A stretch of DNA of 13,480 nucleotides from Kofleriaceae bacterium. GTDB lineage: Bacteria; Myxococcota_A; Polyangia; Haliangiales; Haliangiaceae. The translations under genes were made by a program, and so were the position numbers. The notes under the pieces were generated by a model. The model saw nothing but the letters and a program-made list of their open reading frames with translations. It made no database searches and was not told where the DNA came from. Shown in pieces: positions 12,393 through 13,480 of this stretch; the stretch's first letter is position 1, and each line of letters begins with the position of its first letter. The DNA lies in contig JBKJLC010000294.1 of assembly GCA_046597055.1 (NCBI GenBank), positions 1 through 13,480 of the forward strand, given 5' to 3'.

Positions 12393-13480
12393 ATGCGATC
12401 CAGAACCGTGACCCGCCATGTCGTGACCCTGTGGTCCGCCGTGCTGAACCGGGAACGGCTGGTCCGCCGGGCCATGCGCCGCGCGCTCCGGAGCGTGAGC
12501 GACGTCGTCGAGCCGCTCGGCGAGACGATCGCGCGTCTGTTCCGGGACGCCGCGCGCACGAGCGTGCCGCTCCTGGCCGTGGCCTGCGGAGAACCCACGG
12601 GCTCGGCACGCACGGATGTGTCACCGCCGCCCATCGTCGCGATCGCGCCCGCCGCCTCGGTCGCGCCCGGCCCCGATGCCGGTGTCGCACACACACCCCG
12701 TGCGCCGCGGTCGCATGGTCGCTTCCTCATCACGATGTACTACGTGGCCAACGAGGACGAGGTCGATGGCCCGGCCAAGGTGGTCCACCCGCGGCTCGAC
12801 TCGGCGCCCTCGATCGGCAACGACCGGCCGGTCGCCAATGACGAGGTCGCGCGCAGCGATGCGCCCGGGCGAGCCGCCGGGGCCGACGGCAGCCAGGTGG
12901 CCACCGCCGATGACGACGACGTCGACCTCGCCGCGGCGGTGCCGATGCCCGCAGTGGCGACCGGCGGGCTGGTCCCGGCCCACGATCGCAACTGCCAACC
13001 GATCGTCCACGTCAGCCGCGCCTTTCGCCGGCAGCTCGCGCTGCAGGGCACCGGGCAGCTGCGCGACGGCCGCATGCTGAACGTCGCCAGCCGCTGCAAG
13101 TGCGCGCCGTGTTTCCACGTGCTGCCTGCGCACCGCAAGTGGGGCATGGGTGGTAGCGGTATGCCGCTCGAGCCGTTCCGCTCGGTCGCGGTCGATCCGG
13201 CCAAGGTGAAGCTCGGCTCGCTGCTCTACATCCCGGCGCTCGACGGCCTGCGCATGCCAGGGCCGCAGCCGGTGGGCGGCTTCGTCCACGACGGTTGCGT
13301 GGTCGCGGCCGACACCGGCGGCAACATCGACGGCGCCCAGCTCGACCTGTTCGTCGCCCGCCGCGCCTACTACAACGGCCTGGCGCGCCGCGGCGGCAGC
13401 CACCGCTGGCTGCGTTCGGTCGAGGTGCTCGACGGCAAGGGCCGCTGCCAGCGCAAGGGCGGCAAGGTCTCGCAGTCGGC
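12393..13480 (+). CDS. 3D (Asp-Asp-Asp) domain protein related to MltA, putative peptidoglycan-active; 3' end outside the window
   Basis: Hand translation is open from ATG 12393 (alternatives 12354 or later) to the edge: ...GRFLITMYYVANEDEV...LALQGTGQLRDGRMLN...WGMG...PLEPFRSVAVDPAKVKLGSLLYIPALDG...HDGCVVAADTGGNIDGAQLDLFV. The three Asp motifs (VAVD, DTGG, LDLF) are intact. Confidence 0.88.
   Translation, partial: MRSRTVTRHVVTLWSAVLNRERLVRRAMRRALRSVSDVVEPLGETIARLFRDAARTSVPLLAVACGEPTGSARTDVSPPPIVAIAPAASVAPGPDAGVAHTPRAPRSHGRFLITMYYVANEDEVDGPAKVVHPRLDSAPSIGNDRPVANDEVARSDAPGRAAGADGSQVATADDDDVDLAAAVPMPAVATGGLVPAHDRNCQPIVHVSRAFRRQLALQGTGQLRDGRMLNVASRCKCAPCFHVLPAHRKWGMGGSGMPLEPFRSVAVDPAKVKLGSLLYIPALDGLRMPGPQPVGGFVHDGCVVAADTGGNIDGAQLDLFVARRAYYNGLARRGGSHRWLRSVEVLDGKGRCQRKGGKVSQS

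Overview
GC-rich window whose gene content looks myxobacterial (inference from the Ser/Thr kinase-TPR family and gene mix). In order: (1) a minus-strand multi-PAS sensor gene missed by the ORF track (ATG 810, 426-bp tandem PAS-PAC repeats), which breaks at about 79-90 into an inverted third repeat copy (1-84); (2) a short ORF that may be a gene remnant (936/1029-1259); (3) an 11-bp-stem hairpin between convergent genes; (4) a probable lipoprotein M36 (fungalysin-type) metallopeptidase with an inserted PA domain; (5) a divergent intergenic region with a candidate sigma54 promoter and operator-like palindromes; (6) four closely spaced plus-strand genes: metH, a small membrane protein, a Ser/Thr kinase with TM and TPR repeats, and a DUF2891 protein; (7) an AT-richer, palindrome-dense spacer; (8) a 3D-domain protein that runs off the right edge, also missed by the ORF track. 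No CRISPR array, rRNA, tRNA, transposase or reverse transcriptase was seen. I cannot support a clearly new multi-gene system. The best leads are the inverted PAS-repeat junction (possibly an artefact), a candidate metH operator and the structured 12089-12231 spacer.
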